DNA of 64,000 nt, taken from positions 77,094 through 141,093 of the forward strand of contig CAWGRK010000001.1 in the NCBI GenBank assembly GCA_963824995.1, given 5' to 3'. The notes under the pieces are model-generated. The model was not told the DNA's origin and made no database searches. It worked only from the letters and a program-made list of their open reading frames with translations. The number at the start of each line of letters is the position of its first letter. The stretch's first letter is position 1. The stretch is from an uncultured Actinomycetes bacterium. GTDB taxonomy: Bacteria; Actinomycetota; Acidimicrobiia; Spongiisociales; DATADW01. The position numbers were made by a program, and so were the translations under genes. Shown here piece by piece: positions 62,854 to 64,000 of this stretch.

Positions 62854-64000
62854 CCGCCGGCGCCGATCTCCCCGCCGAAGCTCTGGCGCTCGCCCCCGCC
62901 CCCGAACCGACCGGAAGTGTCCGGCGGGCAACAGGCCGGCGAGCCCCGGCCGGGCTGTGGGCTGCGGCTCTTCTCGTTCTCGTCCCGGTTGTGGCGCCGC
63001 TGGTCTATCTCGGCATCAATATCGCTTCGGAGCCGGACCAGGTGGCGCAGACACTCACCTCGGGCCGCACCGGGGAGCTCATCGTCGCCACGGTTGCGCT
63101 CGTGGTGGCGGTCACGGTGTCGGCGACGGCACTGGGCACCGCCACCGCCTGGGTCACGGTCCGGACCGATCTGGGCAGCCGCCGGCTCGTTTTCACGCTG
63201 CTCGCCCTCCCCCTAGTCATTCCCTCATACGTCGGGGCGCTCGCCTACGTCGCCGCCCTCGGCCCGCGGGGGATGCTCGCCGAGGTGCTCGGTATCGACC
63301 GTCTGCCCGACCTCGCCGGCTTCCCCGGGGCCTGGCTCGCCCTCACCGTGTTCACCTATCCGTACGTGCACCTGCTGGTGGCATCTTCGATGCGACGGAT
63401 GGACCGCTCGCTCGAAGAGGCGGCGCGCAGCCTCGGTGCCTCGCCTGCCCGTGTTTTCCGCACCATCGTCCTTCCCAGGATCCGCCCGGCGCTGGCTGCC
63501 AGCGGAACACTGGTGGCGCTCTACACGCTGTCCGACTTCGGTGCGGTGTCGCTGATGCGGTACGACGCCTTCACCCGTGCCATCTACGCCCAGTTCGCCG
63601 GCCGGCCCAACCGGGTTCCCGCCCTGGTGCTGTCGTCGGTGCTGATCGTTCTCGCCCTGCTCGTGCTGCTTGGCGAGCGTGCCGCCAGGGGACGGGTGGC
63701 ACCGCCCGGCACGTCTACACGGCCGCCGGCCCTGATCCATCTCACAACCGGATGGCGGGTCGCCGCCTGGGTCGGGGTTGGGACGGTGATCGCGGCTCGG
63801 GGTGGTCGTGCCGGTGACGGTGCTCGGCTATTGGTTGCTGAGGGGACTCGCCGAACAGCAGGCGCTCGGCTCGGTCTGGGTCGAGGCGGCACGCTCGCTG
63901 CTCGCTTCGGGGGCGGCAGGCGTCGTGGCTGTCCTCGCCGCCATTCCGCTGTGCGTGCTGGCGGTCCGCTACCCGAGCCGCTCATCGGCGCTGGTGGAGC
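62850..64000 (+). CDS. Fe3+ ABC transporter permease (partial, frameshifted)
   Basis: LPLVIPSYVGA, FTYPYV, SLEEAARSLG, LYTLSDFGAV. Confidence 0.88.
   Translation, partial: MTAGADLPAEALALAPAPEPTGSVRRATGRRAPAGLWAAALLVLVPVVAPLVYLGINIASEPDQVAQTLTSGRTGELIVATVALVVAVTVSATALGTATAWVTVRTDLGSRRLVFTLLALPLVIPSYVGALAYVAALGPRGMLAEVLGIDRLPDLAGFPGAWLALTVFTYPYVHLLVASSMRRMDRSLEEAARSLGASPARVFRTIVLPRIRPALAASGTLVALYTLSDFGAVSLMRYDAFTRAIYAQFAGRPNRVPALVLSSVLIVLALLVLLGERAARGRVAPPGTSTRPPALIHLTTGWRVAAWVGVGTVIAARGGRAGDGARLLVAEGTRRTAGARLGLGRGGTLAARFGGGRRRGCPRRHSAVRAGGPLPEPLIGAGG

Noticed and set aside
1..64000. Dozens of frameshifts suggesting mass pseudogenisation or programmed frameshifting
   Set aside because: They hit essential genes (rplA, rplK, rplJ, nuo), homology resumes immediately in another frame, and no slippery-site pattern is seen. 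This fits sequencing indel errors.

Overview
This is a high-GC bacterial window, most consistent with an Actinomycetota genome of the Acidimicrobiia type (SLH-domain proteins, IdeR-like box, rpmG/MaoC/tRNA-Trp/secE layout, nuo operon without nuoEFG). Many single-base indels break even essential genes (rplA, rplK, nuoD/H/L/N), so the frameshifts are read as long-read or assembly errors and their coordinates are approximate. Layout: (1) 1-7068, minus-strand translation cluster tRNA-Thr, tRNA-Met(CAT), tuf, rpmG, MaoC-type dehydratase, ECF sigma/anti-sigma, tRNA-Trp, secE, nusG, rplK, rplA, rplJ. (2) About 7.1-31.8 kb, an accessory block between tRNA-Thr and tRNA-Tyr: truncated haemoglobin, two SLH-anchored blue-copper proteins sharing a 615-bp near-identical repeat, VOC/ArsR/SRPBCC, a metalloprotease, a sugar locus (secreted alpha/alpha-barrel-like protein, ABC transporter, GH130, mannitol dehydrogenase), SLH-deacetylase, cyclase-ATPase-TPR and ThrE. 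(3) htpX, two tandem S8 proteases, a MidA-like methyltransferase, glgB, LigD and a TrxB-like/FNR fusion. (4) A small degenerate insert plus a possible RemA-like gene. (5) An 11-subunit complex I operon (nuoABCDHIJKLMN), a phosphodiesterase and an iron ABC transporter. The most striking unexplained signals are 7-bp tandem repeat arrays, often as inverted pairs, at housekeeping gene junctions and inside the L10 tail; the SLH-cupredoxin pair; the orphan secreted CAZyme candidate; and the FNR fusion near the N-module-less complex I. All family assignments come from motif recognition by eye; no searches were run.
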